A stretch of 34,147 nucleotides of DNA from Nemertoderma westbladi (lineage: Eukaryota > Animalia > Xenacoelomorpha), in NCBI GenBank assembly GCA_032718475.1, contig JAUCBJ010007619.1, forward strand, positions 1 through 34,147, read 5' to 3'. The position numbers and the translations under genes are program-made. Below, one piece after another: positions 22,441 through 34,075 of the stretch. Every line of letters starts with the position of its first letter. Positions within the stretch are counted from its first letter, which is position 1. Below the pieces are notes generated by a model. It saw only the letters and a program-made list of their open reading frames with translations. It had not been told where the DNA came from and ran no database searches.

Positions 22441-22614
22441 ATCCAATCCTATATCGGTGATTTTTTTGCTGATGTTCTTTCTAATGTGTAAACCACAGAG
22501 TAGAATAGTTGAATACGGAAATACATCTTTAATAGCTTTATGTAATCCACCTTCCTCATCTGAACCAATTATAAGTTTTGAAAGATTTTCCCCAAGCCTA
22601 CCTTCTATTGACAA
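22441..22614 (-). pseudogene. MULE transposase domain fragment
   Basis: IIGSDEEGGLHKAIKDVFPYSTILLCGLHIRKN fits the MULE signature D-x-E-x-GL-x-x-AI-x-x-VFP-x6-C-x-x-H-x3-N. Confidence 0.8.
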
Positions 22615-23130
22615 GACAAGACAACGTTTGGTTATACTGTACGAATGACTAATTACGCCACCGACAGTAGTAAACTGACAGTTCCGAGAATTAATAAAAT
22701 GTTGAAATATTTTGAGTGTGAATTCAGAATTAAACTTTTATAAACTCGCGCTAATATCAACCAACAGTGACGGAATGTCGGTTTGTCATTTTACTTGTCG
22801 GTTTGTGTCTTTTGCCGCCAATTGTAGCGGCTTTGGGGCTTTACTAAATGCACCACCGACCGACAATAGCCCGACGATGCCGACGCTGAATAATTCGTGA
22901 TTCCTTCTTGTCGGTTTATGTTTGTCGATGTGGCTTGTTGTCGGTTTGAGGGTAAAAAGCGGAAACAAAAAGCTACATTAGCAATAATTTTTAAAGCCAG
23001 TTACGGCAAAGTCTTTACAGTAGCACATAAATGGACACTTTAGACCTTAGTCATTAATTATGTCAAGTACACTGTATAGTACAATGAACACATCTCCAAT
23101 AATACACTATAAAAAATTGGAAGTGTCTAT

Positions 23131-23345
23131 AGACCCCCAAAGCTTGACACTTGAACGTAAGCGTCTCCGCTTTGCAGGACATTGCTTTAGCCGTGAGGAC
23201 CATAGCCAGTGCATAATCTTGTGCTTTGACGGCCTCATGGAGTGAATAAGCATGGTGGACAGCCCATGACTTTCTTGAGACGCATTTTAAAGGACACTGG
23301 CCTTGAAGATGCGGATGATCTAGCAAATGTCATGGTTCGTATGTT
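23131..23345 (+). mobile_element. RTE-clade non-LTR retrotransposon, C-terminal ORF fragment, frameshifted
   Basis: RKRLRFAGHCFSRED then, in another frame, PHGVNKHGGQPMTFLRRILKDTGLEDADDLANVM; resembles the RTE C-terminal RLRxxGH...GRP...L-x-D...M pattern. Confidence 0.6.
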
Positions 23346-23998
23346 TGTCGACAAGACGTCATATCATTCTTAATATAGATGTATATATGCAACATTCCAC
23401 TACCGGTACTGAACAAACTGTGGTATATTGTGTTCAATAATATCCGAAACCAGGTGGTTTATAGGAGTATAAAGTCAACTTAGTACTACTCTTCATTATA
23501 AGCCTCGTTGTGCTCGTCCTGTTTTGTCATAAAATATTTTAACGACCTTTATAACTATGAGAAGTCTCGAAACTGTGCAAGTAACTGCTGATTTATGGCA
23601 GATGGATACATGATGTATGGCAGATGAGACAATAAGTTTTGACAAAATACTCACCCCGCCTGTATGATACATGCAGGTTCGTTATTACAGTTATGTAGAA
23701 TTAATTTAATTTTGGAAAACTGGTATATCTGTAAACCAATATATCTGTAAACTAATATATAATTTAATGAATCAATCTTCCAATCGATCAATATTATTTT
23801 CCACCACCTCACCAATCAATACACCAATATGGGTAGGTATACAGTAAGTAAAAAAGTCACACATAACAGCATAATATCGTATATAATAGGCTATATTGCG
23901 CCTCTGCATTCTCACGGGCTGGGCACCGTTTTTTGTTTCGGTTGCGCAAATTCCATACAGTAAATGCCAACATGAAAACAAAAAGCTGCATTAGCAAT

Positions 23999-25445
23999 AA
24001 ATTTTAAAGCCAGTTAAGGCAAAGTCTTAGGTTAACAAATCCAAAAGTACAATATGTTGCCTGGCTTATAGGGATACAGAAAAGGTTGAATAGTTATGAA
24101 GGGGTCATCCTTGGGAGATTGTGTTGGGCAACCATTCTTTTCCGGTAACATCCAAGAGAGAAAGGAGCTTCCGTTACTTCTTGTTTCCTTCCTTCACTTT
24201 ACTATACGTCATTTAGGTAAATACCAATTACGTCACACAATGTGCAGGTGTATGTAAAGTAATAAATTTCGGAATTGTATTGCACTGTACTGTATGTCAG
24301 AGTATAGGAACTGATACCGCAGAAAAATACCACCGACAATAGTCTGACTACCACCGACAAAAACTAATAATAAAAAAAACACACCGACATATGAAAAACA
24401 CTAACGATTTTTACCATTACGTTATGCAATATAATAATTTAAACAGATAATTTATGAAGGCGGTATTATATTTTAAAGAAATTATCATGACTAATTACAC
24501 CACCGACAACAGGCCGACAGTGGACAATATACTTTGTTATAAATATTTGGACTGGAAATAAAAATTGTATAATCATGTACTGAAATAGTTTACTAACATT
24601 GCCGAAGCTGTCGGTATACTGTCGGTTTGCGATCTTACCTGTCGGTTTGTGTCTTTTGTTGTCGGTGGTATGCGAAAGGTGTCGGTGGTTGTCGGTGTAG
24701 TATTTAGTCAAATTTTAAAGCCAGTTAAGGCAAAGTCTTATGTTAACAAATCCAACAGTACAATATGCCGCCTCTGGCTTATGGGGATACAGAAAAGGTT
24801 GAATAGTTATGAAGTGGTCATCCTTGGGAGATTGTGTTGGGCAACCACTCTTTTCCGGTAACATCCAAGAGAGAAAGGAGTTTCCGTTGCTTCTTGTTTC
24901 CTTCCTTCACTTTACTTTACGTCATTTAGGTAAATACCAATTACGTCACACAATGTGCAGCTGTATGTAAAGTAATAAATTTCGGCATTGTAGGGGCCTA
25001 TCGCACTGTACTGTATGTCCAAGTTTAAGAACGGATACCGCAGAAATATACCACTGACAACAGTCTGACTACCACCGACAAAAACTAATAATAAAAGAAA
25101 CACACCGACATATGAAAAACACTAACGATTTTTACCATTACGCTATGCAATATAATAATTTAAAACAAGATAATATATGAAGGCGGTATTATATTTTAAA
25201 GAAATTATCATGACTAATTACACCACCGACAACAGGCCGACAGTGGACAATATACTTTGTTATAAATATTTGGACTGGGAATAAAAATTGTACAATCATG
25301 TACTGAAATAGTTTACTAACATTGCCGAAGTTGTCGGTATACTGTCGGTTTGCGATCTTACCTGTCGGTTTGTGTCGGTTTGTGTCTTTTGTTGTCGGTG
25401 GTATGCGAAAGGTGTCGGTGGTTGTCGGTGGCGTATTTAGTCAAA
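23999..25445. repeat. Direct tandem duplication of about 710-735 bp (23999-24709 and 24710-25445)
   Basis: ATTTTAAAGCCAGTTAAGGCAAAGTCTTA at 24001 and 24712; colinear with scattered substitutions and indels. Confidence 0.93.
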
Positions 25446-25905
25446 CCCGTAATGTCTGAATGTAATAAATAGGACAATCTGACAATATGATAATGCTATC
25501 CTGCTCTCCTCTGTCCTCTCCTTTGGTTTTCAACCGTTCGACAAGTTGCACATTGGACATTTTCGAATTACCGTAACCCAGTAACCTGGTAGGCGGTAGC
25601 CTAACTGCCTAAAGTATGTATATCGTATATGTAAGGTATGGCAGTATGGGTCCTGGGGGTCATGGGAGTATGGCCATGCCTAGAACAGTAGAAGACAGGC
25701 GGTGTGCGTGCAGCCGACTGCTACGCCCTAAAATGTAAAACTTAGGCTTGCTGCATACTGCAGTACTGCTACTTACGGCTGTACGGTATATCTGAATATG
25801 GCAATATGGGCCGACTATATTTTACAATGTTACAGTTGTCTGGTTGTAGTACTGCTACTGCTGTACTGTACAGTATTATTATTATTAATAGTTTATTGAC
25901 GTTAA

Positions 25906-26063
25906 ATGCCATGATACACCACAGGAACGGCGAGCGGCAGCGGCGAGCGGCAGCGGCAGCGGCGAGCGGCCACTTTTTAAAAATAAAACACATTATTTTC
26001 TATGGGTGATGGACTGATGATACACCACAAATGGCTGCTGCCGCTCGCCGCTCCTATAGTGTA
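25906..26063. mobile_element. Short foldback MITE-like element, right end truncated at the LINE tail
   Basis: Starts TTAA|ATGCCATGATACACCACAGGAACGGCGAGCGGCAGC, ends GCTGCCGCTCGCCGCTCCTATAGTGTA (imperfect inverted repeat); inverted second copy at 33930-34075. Confidence 0.7.
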
Positions 26064-26899
26064 GAAGTTGAAGTTGAAGTTTTTTTATTAACATCGTACA
26101 TAACAATAACATAAACAGCAAACAGCATATTAAAAACCGGTATATGGAGATTCATGGGATAGCCCCATGAGGTTATACCTCATTTCCATGGAGGTCCCTT
26201 TAAATTAAACGGAATTAAACAGGAATCACAACTAAATAAAATATAGTAGACCATAGTACAGTACCTACGTAATTAAAAAAATATAACAGCAATTCGAAAT
26301 ATGGAAAACACTAAAAAATTAAGTTATAGTTATAGCAATATTTATGATGTTCCGACTGACACAAAGAAGTAAAATATGGAAGACATAGTACATAATTAAA
26401 AAAAAAAATAAAAAATAAAGTTCTGGTGCAGATATAAATATAACAGAGCAAATAATTAAAATCTGGTAGACCGTAGTTCAGTTAGAAATTTAAAAATATA
26501 ACAGAAAGAATTTAAAAATAAAGCAGCAAATATATCATAAAATCGAGTTATGTAAAACATAGGCAATAAATATAGCAATAGTTATGAAGTACAGAGATAC
26601 ACACACAAGGAATAAAGTATGGTAGACCGTAATTTAAAAATAAAGCGGCTCGAATAGGTCGTAAAATCGAAATATGTAAAACTTAGGTAAAAAGAAAATA
26701 AGAAAAAAACAATAGTTATGACGTAATAAAACATTACGGATTAAAATATGGTAGACAGTAGTATGTAATTTAAAAAATAAATGAAAGAAAGCAGCAAATA
26801 GAGCAAATAATTACAACTGAAATTTAACGCAAAAAATAATTAAGAGTTATGTGTTAACCCCCCCCCCCCCCCCCCCCCATGCCATAACTTGCAAATTTA

Positions 26900-28250
26900 T
26901 TAATTCCAAATCGAGTTATCCTTCATTACCAGTTTGCCGAGTAAGTAATTCTTGACTTTGTGTTTGAACGTTTCCATGGAGATAGAGTTTCTTACATCCA
27001 ATGGTAGCGAATTCCATATTATCGGCCCTAGAAACGAGAAGCATTCACTTCCTGTTATAGTTCCTCACAAGGGAACAACAGCGCGAGTACATCCATGTCT
27101 GAGATTAACCGATACAGAGTTGAACTGGACCAATGATGAGAGATACGAGGGAGATAGCGACTGTGTTATACGATACATATGATTGGCTGTTAGCTGATCG
27201 ATGCGAGATTCTATCGGAAGCCATGAGATTTCATTGTAATGCTCTTGACCAATGTGCGTTCTACTTCCGAGACCTAGACAAAAACGAATATATTTTCTTT
27301 GCAGTGCTTGTAGTTGCAGCTGTAGCCGTTTAGAAGCACTTGGATACCAACAGGAGGAAACGAAATCCAAGTGGGGTTGTATGAGAGCGTTACATAGAAG
27401 ACGACGTGTGTAGCCGTCTAAAACTGCCCCATGTCTGTAAATAAATTTCAGTGTCTTGTTCCCCTTTGTAATCACATGCGATGCCATGGTATCTCCAGAA
27501 AGGTCAGCGTCTAAATAACAACCCAAGTATTTAATAGATTTTTGCTGTTCTATGTGGATCCCATTACAAAATACTTTCAATTCACAGTTGTCGACTAGAC
27601 GTTGATGTGTCCCAAATAAAATTGATTTAGTCTTGTCAAAGTTCAAACTCAGTCTGTTGTCGGTCGCCCAGTCGAATATGTTGCTTAGTGTCATTGACAG
27701 CGTATCAGATATTGTAGCCACATTATCACCAGAAGTCAATATATTCGAGTCGTCTGCCAGCTTCAGAGATATACAAGATGGTAAGACCTGTAGATTAGTA
27801 TTACTACTACTAGTTGCTTCAAATTCTTTTGCGGGACTCTCTATGGCCATATCAAGATCGTTAACATATATTAAGAATAGCAGGATAGACAGCAATCCTC
27901 CCTGCGGGACTCCTCTCTTTATCAAGGCTCTGATTGAAGAAAGTGTACCATTGACATATACCATTTGGCTGCGTTCACTTAGGTACGATTTAAACCATCC
28001 AACAGTGGCTGTAGAAAATCCAATTGCTCGGAGTTTGAATAAGAGCAAATCGTGATCGACAGTGTCAAATGCCTTGCGCAGATCTATAAATACAACGCCA
28101 GTCATTTTCCCCCCATCTACAGATTCTTTGACATAATTATTTAGATACATCAGACACGTTTCAACTGAGAATCCCTTTCTGAATCCGGATTGCAAAGGGT
28201 CCAATATGTTGTAGAGTACTAAATAATGAAATATCTGATCAATGGTCACG
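26900..28250 (-). pseudogene. LINE ORF2 reverse transcriptase part, N-terminally deleted, frameshift near 27065
   Basis: QSGFRKGFS, FIDLRKAFDTVDH, GVPQGG, LADD, KYLG motifs; after the frameshift continues GSECFSFLGPIIWNSLP...FKHKVKNYLL to TAA near 26900. Confidence 0.9.
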
Positions 28251-29712
28251 AATTCTAACTGAGCGTTTTGGGGCAGCTTCATCTAATATCTGGTAGAGTT
28301 CCTTTGTTAATTCGGTAGATATAAGATCCACTTTAGTTTCAAATAATAACGATTTGATTCGGGGATTAACATTAACTTTAGATGCTACCATTTCTTTGGA
28401 GTAGGACTTAAAAGAGCGACATGTGCGTAATGTATGGCAGGATTTCTTTCCCTTAGGTCGTTTTCTTGTCACGTACACCATGCCATGATCACTGAGACCC
28501 AAGTTTACCACACCATGGCTACATAAAAGTTGCCTACTATACACAAATATGTGATCCAGTGTAGTCGCTGTATTTACTGTAATTCTTGTTGGTTCTTTGA
28601 TGAGTTGTTCTAATCCAGTGGAACAGCAAAATGAGTATAGATAGTGCAAAGGGGTTATGATAGCAGGGACAGTGTTACATTTAGGAGGTTTGGATGAAAG
28701 CTGTTTGTAAGTCAGGGTAGTGTCAGAGTTTGTGTCTCCCAGAACATATACTTCCTTAAAGCCACTAATATCGCCGATGGCAGTCTGTACAGCTGTAAAG
28801 AATGTGTTGGCATGTGCAGCACGCGGATTGTAGACAGACCCAATCAGAATTGGTTTGGTGTGAGGAAGGTGTATTGTGCAGAATATTCCTTCTTCAATGC
28901 CCAGTTTTGTATTCATCTCTGCGCAAAGGGAGTAGTCCAATTTCGTAGAAATGTAGAGTGCAACACCACCACCATTTCGATTGCGATCCTTCCTTTCAAT
29001 GTTATACCCAGGTAGAGAAACTTCACCATCACTAATACTCTGGTCTAACCATGTCTCTGATAATGTAAGAACATCAATGAGTGTATTGTGCAGAATAATT
29101 TTAAGTTCAGATAGTTTTGGAATTAAGCTTTGAATGTTTTGGTGCGATATATGTAGCCCTGATTTCGCAAATATTTTATTTACAGTGACCACTGGATCAG
29201 CATTCAGGTTTATGGCACCACTGTACAGCTGTAAAGAATGTGTTGGCATGTGCAGCACGTGGATTGTAGACAGACCCAATCAGAATTGGTTTGGTGTGAG
29301 GAAGGTGTATTGTGCAGAATATTCCTTCTTCAATGCCCAGTTTTGTATTCATCTCTGCGCAAAGGGAGTAGTCCAATTTCGTAGAAATGTAGAGTGCAAC
29401 ACCACCACCATTTCGATTGTGATCCTTCCTTTCAATGTTATACCCAGGTAGAGAAACTTCACCATCACTAATACTCTGGTCTAACCATGTCTCTGATAAT
29501 GTAAGAACATCAATGAGTGTATTGTGCAGAATAATTTTAAGTTCAGATAGTTTTGGAATTAAGCTTTGAATGTTTTGGTGCGATATATGTAGCCCTGATT
29601 TCGCAAATATTTTATTTACAGTGACCACTGGATCAGCATTCAGGTTTATGGCACCACTGTTGCAGATATCCACAACAGGAGTCACAGTTTGGGTTGACTC
29701 AACCAGAAACAC
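28251..29712 (-). pseudogene. LINE ORF2 apurinic-like endonuclease part, with internal 436-bp duplication
   Basis: HQNIQSL, LSETWL, DRNRNGGGVALY, GDTN, PTRIT, LDHIF, SDH motifs. Confidence 0.92.
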
Positions 29713-29745
29713 TTTGGATGATGTAGATAGCGGATAAACAGATAG

Positions 29746-30766
29746 TCAATCAACCTGCTCCACAGATGGAGGCATGTTACTAGTCAAAGTAGTACTGGTA
29801 CTCCTTTTTTCTCTAATGCTGCGTCTTCTCTGACGAGCAATATACTCTGCCTCTCTTTCAGCTTTCGAACTATCCTTGTCGAAATAGAACTTTGTTCCAC
29901 CAACAGTAAAATACCTACGTGAGTGAACTTTACTGGCTACTTCAGGAGAGTTGAAAGAAATGAGCAATGGTCGGGCTGATTTGTCCTCACGTGGTTTCCC
30001 CAGCCTTTGGATACCACGATATGGTAATTGTTCTTCTAGAGAGTCCTGTAAAAACTTACTGTCATGGGCACGTTGATGGTTGCCATGGTTGGGAGCGATA
30101 CCCATACCCTCAGGGATTCCACGAATTACCACATTGCATTTATGCAGCTCATTCAGTCTTATAGCTCTCTCAATAGAATCAGTATCAATAGGGATCGGTC
30201 TGTTTGGACTAGAGGTTTGTTGCTGTTGCTGCACATCCAATGTTTTGTGGAGGTCATCAAGCTTTTTCGAATTTCGGCGAACTACTTCAACCCATGAGGA
30301 AGCTGCCTCACTCTCTAGTGTTTCCGAGTCTTCAATACCCGTTGCAGTCGTTAACGTTTCCATGACTGTCAGTTTTGTTTGTAGATCAGCCTGTGTTACC
30401 TCAACATTTTCCAAGCGTATTTCAATATCGCACTGTAATGCTGATAAATCACTCCCCATAATAAGTTTATCCTCACCATCTAGGCCTTTATTGACCATAT
30501 TTATCACTGCATCTAGCTCCTGCTGTAGCTGGAGATTTTCGTCCTCTAAACTCAACATGCGTAAGGCTGAACAGAAACCACAGGCAAATTGTTTTTTTCC
30601 CAAATGTTTTTTTCCTTGTCATTTCTTCTGGGACTTGTATTTCAGTCCAAATTGTTGTGCATAGTGTGCACTCCACACTTGTCTGTACAAATTTGCTTTG
30701 AGTCGTTAACTTCTTGTTTGTGCTACATCCCGAGATAGAAGAGCGCCTCTGACTTCCCCCATTCAT
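29746..30766 (-). pseudogene. LINE ORF1 (CxxC...CxxC, coiled coil, RRM-like domain), 1-nt frameshift near 30595-30615
   Basis: NVVIRGIPE...RLGKP...ARPLLISF is typical of LINE ORF1p; VECTLC (ORF 30488-30766) and FACGFC (ORF 29746-30603) join across A-runs. Confidence 0.8.
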
Positions 30767-31439
30767 TCTTGTAGTTGTCAGGTGTCAGGATGTTAACAAA
30801 GTAGTCTTTGCGATTAAAATAAAGCCAACCAGCCAACTACATATACTGCAGTATTTCAATCATATAATATAAAGTCAAATCAAATATAATTATTTAAAAT
30901 CCAATACTGCAATACTGGTAGACTGGTATAGGCCCTAGGCCCTATCTGCCGGTATTTAAAAAAAATAAACCACGATCAGCGGTGGACAGGAGCGGCGAGC
31001 GGCAGTGGCGGGTGGCCGCGGCCACTGTGACTATAGGGGCTGTTGCGCTGTCAGTCAGAGAGGTAACAGCCCATGGGGTAAGGATTTACCCATGGGGCGC
31101 TAACTATCAGATAGTCTGATACCAACTGTCAGACAGTCTTTTTCAACTATCAGATAGATGATCGCCCAGTTACAAGTTGCCCGATAGTTGTATTTTTTAA
31201 ACCCCGAGTGTTGTTGACGGAGTCTGTTACTTCCGAAATCGTTGATCGTGGTGCCGGTGCCGGAATTCTGGCTTTGATTAAAAACACTGAACTGCTGAAC
31301 GATGGCGGAATCTACGAAACCCGGCCGGATTCCTAATCCGAGGAGGCGACGGAGTCAATTAAACGTAACAATGAAACGATCGCGATGGACAATGGACTGA
31401 TGGAGTCTATTCAATGTATCCAGAACGATACGATGGCGG

Positions 31440-31746
31440 CGGAGTCTATTACAGTATTAAACACGCAACCAAAGCGATCAGATGATGGCGAAGTAATCTA
31501 CAAAACAGAGAACGACAGGAAGGCGATGGAGTTTCTGAGTTAATTAAACCCAGTAAGATGTGCATAGCGAAGCGATCGAGACGGATAACGGAGTCTATTA
31601 CAGTATTAAACACGCAACCAAAGCGATCAGACGATGGCGAAGTAATCTACAAAACAGAGAACGACAGGAAGGCGATGGAGTTTATTAAACCCAGTAAGAT
31701 GGTGCATAGCGAAGCGATCGAGACGGATAACGGAGTCTATTACAGA
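31440..31746. repeat. Tandem duplication of about 145 bp within a degenerate GGAGTCTA-repeat region
   Basis: CGGAGTCTATTACAG at 31440, 31589 and 31731. Confidence 0.88.
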
Positions 31747-32683
31747 ATTAAACCTGGAACGAAGACGGTGGAATCTATAGGCCTAAACCTGGAACAATGC
31801 GAACAAGGCTACTCTAAAGTTAGACTAGACTGGTTTGTGAGATTAACTTGCCAATACTAACTCAATACAATTTGCTTTCTTCGAATTCCTAATAATATAT
31901 TTTAATCTTAATAATAAATTATTCAACATCAATTATTTTATAAGTCTTGTCAATGTATAAGATTGCTAAAGACTAAAGAGCTAACTTTAGGAAGATCTGC
32001 CTTATATTTTTAGAATTATTATAATTAATTTTGTTATGTTTATAATGAATTGTATCTTTTGACAGACTACTTGATGTGCGACCGTGATAATAAAATTAAA
32101 TGGTGCCGAAATATTTTCACTTACTTAACTGCAGGGGGGGGGGGGGGGGGGGGGGCAATCAATATTCTTCCCTCTCCAGGTGAAAATCGACGCAAATAAC
32201 AGCTTGTTTACTACTAAAATAAAACTGCATCCTGTTCTATAGGAAAAAACATTATAGGGGAAACTTTAGCAAGTTGTGTTTATTTTAGCCGATAGACAAG
32301 ATTACATGTTTACCAAGTTTGGTATAATTTAGTCAAAGATTGAATAAGTTACGATTTAAATTATCAGTGGAGGGTGAAGGCGCCGGGCCAGGATTCAGTT
32401 ATACTTGAATAAAGAATAGTGATTAAACCAAGCAGCCAAGGGATACGCGATATATGACACTGCTGTATAAGTTCATTGAATGACTGTTGATTTCGAAACA
32501 TTTAATTCAAAACTATATAAATGTTAATATAATGTTGGATTTTTTTTTTGTAATAATTAACAGATGAATTATATTTCATTAATTTATTTTTTTTATCTAA
32601 TCACATTATTAAATAACGAAGCACAGAAATAATACTAAGATTGAATATTTAATTGAAGGTACAGTACCGAATTGAATATTTGA

Positions 32684-32885
32684 ATGGGAGAATCTTTTAG
32701 GCTCGTTAAGCCAAGGAATGCCTGTTCACCACCATGGGTGATCTTTCACAGTAAACCCTTCCACTCTGTTTCCCAAGTTGCCTTGGTTCCCAATCGACCA
32801 CTGAAGGATAAAAGCCGGGGTTGGGCTAGGCTGCAGCATTTAAAGCACTGTGCCCAAACAGTACTGCTCCATCTAGGGATCGAAC
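32684..32885 (-). mobile_element. 5'-truncated tRNA-derived SINE with 13-bp target-site duplication
   Basis: ATTGAATATTTGA at 32671-32683 and 32886-32898; begins with B-box-like GTTCGATCCC; central CAACCCCGGCTTTTATCCTTCAGTGGTCGAT resembles the Nin/Deu SINE domain. Confidence 0.7.
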
Positions 32886-32898
32886 ATTGAATATTTGA

Positions 32899-33330
32899 GA
32901 TTGCATAAGATAGAGTATTGAATATTGAATATCTTCGGCCGTCATCCCGTTGGTGACTGCATTGGCAACCATTTCGACAGTTTCGATTGGTTTCGGCTCT
33001 TCAGTCCCCGAATAGACCGATGGTCGGCGTGGTTGCTGTCCCCATGACTGAGGCTGCATTACCAACCAAAATTGCCATCTCCAGGCGTTGGAGCAGAAAC
33101 TGGTGTGACCGCGGTTCGTGGGTGGCACTGTGGAGACGAGCCCCGATCTCCCGGAGGAAGGTGGATGTCTCTGGACCAGGGCGGCCAAAGGTCTCAAAGG
33201 CCACGGGGTGAAATAAATGGCCCCGGTCCATTAGGTCGCGATACTTAGAGTTTTTAATGCGCTCCGCCCCCTTAGCTGAGTGCCCCTCGGCAATGATGGT
33301 TTGTTGAAGGTGGCTGGGGGCCAGTGGATC
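32899..33330 (-). mobile_element. 5'-truncated RLE-type (CRE-like) non-LTR retrotransposon 3' end; ORF remnant 33330-33001
   Basis: DPLAPSH...GAERIKNSKYRDL...FHPVAFETFG...FLLQRLEMAILVGNAASVMGT matches the C-terminal restriction-like endonuclease region (AE-x-x-K-x-x-KY, F-x-P-x-A-x-ET-x-G, QR...GNA). Confidence 0.72.
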
Positions 33331-33929
33331 TAGTAATAATTAACGCAAAGATATGATTAGGTAGGCCTACGTGATATTACTGTATTAATTTCTCAAACCA
33401 AACCTCCATTGACGTCAAATATATCCAATTTCTCAATCCATACTAATCCGTATGTAATAATGCAGTAATGTACACTGTAATGCAATACCGGTAATGTCAA
33501 TGTCCAACCAAACAATGCGTTGAGTGTTATCGGACCAGCCTCCGAGAAATGTTAGGCTAACGGCACCTCGCTCTGTCGCATCAGTTTTTGTAGTGGTCAG
33601 GTGGTCTAGTTCCAGGCTACCAGAATCCGTTAGGCCTAGTGCATGATATAGAATCAGCACATCCTGACATCTGTGCAACTCCTGAACTCACGCGAGCATT
33701 TTACAGATGGTGGTCTAATTTATATGGTCTTGTACCGCGAAACCGTGTATTATTTACAGATGTAGGCTAAATTTCGGGTCTTGTACCGTGCACAGTACTG
33801 GTGGGCCTACACAGCTACTGCTATTTTGCCTAATACAGGTCCCAGAGGTAAATCCTTACCCCACAGGCTGTTACCTCTCTGACTGACAGCGCAACAGCCC
33901 TCTCTCCACTGTGAGGGCGACTTTTGATT

Positions 33930-34075
33930 TGATACAGCAGAGGAGCGGCGAGCGGTGGTGTAATTTGTGGTGTATCATCACCCATAGAAAATAATGCATT
34001 CTATTTTTAAAAAGTGACCGCTCGCCGCGGCAGCTTGCCGTTGCCGCTCGCTGCTCCTGTGGTGTATCATGGCCT
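33930..34075. mobile_element. Second copy of the foldback MITE, inverted relative to 25906-26063
   Basis: Ends ...CCTGTGGTGTATCATGGCCT|TTAA; the reverse complement aligns with 25906-26055 including the ATTATTTTCTATGGGTGATG core. Confidence 0.72.

Larger units (their letters stand above)
22366..25448. mobile_element. Decayed Mutator-like (MULE) DNA transposon region with ACCGACA-rich inverted termini
   Basis: 22366-22438 (AATACGCCACCGACA...ACAACAAAAGACACAAACCGACAGGTAA) is the reverse complement of about 25345-25440; many ACCGACA/TGTCGGT subrepeats; adjacent transposase fragment. Confidence 0.65.
26064..30900 (-). mobile_element. CR1/L2-group LINE (Crack-like), near full span but inactivated; 5' boundary approximate
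   Basis: ORF1, APE endonuclease and RT in order on the minus strand, long AT-rich 3' UTR, and an (AACTTC)n tail at 26064-26082. Confidence 0.9.
31031..33905. mobile_element. Non-autonomous TIR DNA transposon, about 2.9 kb
   Basis: 31037-31090 (GGGCTGTTGCGCTGTCAGTCAGAGAGGTAACAGCCCATGGGGTAAGGATTTACC) is the near-perfect reverse complement of 33847-33900; direct repeat CCACTGTGA at 31022-31030 and 33906-33914. Confidence 0.8.

Noticed and set aside
31558-31860. 100-aa ORF inside the TIR element as cargo gene or transposase
   Set aside because: Overlaps a degenerate tandem duplication and has no recognisable motif
21137-32155. Poly-G/C tracts at 21137-21154, 26858-26878 and 32134-32155
   Set aside because: Simple homopolymers in TE-derived sequence with no further supporting structure
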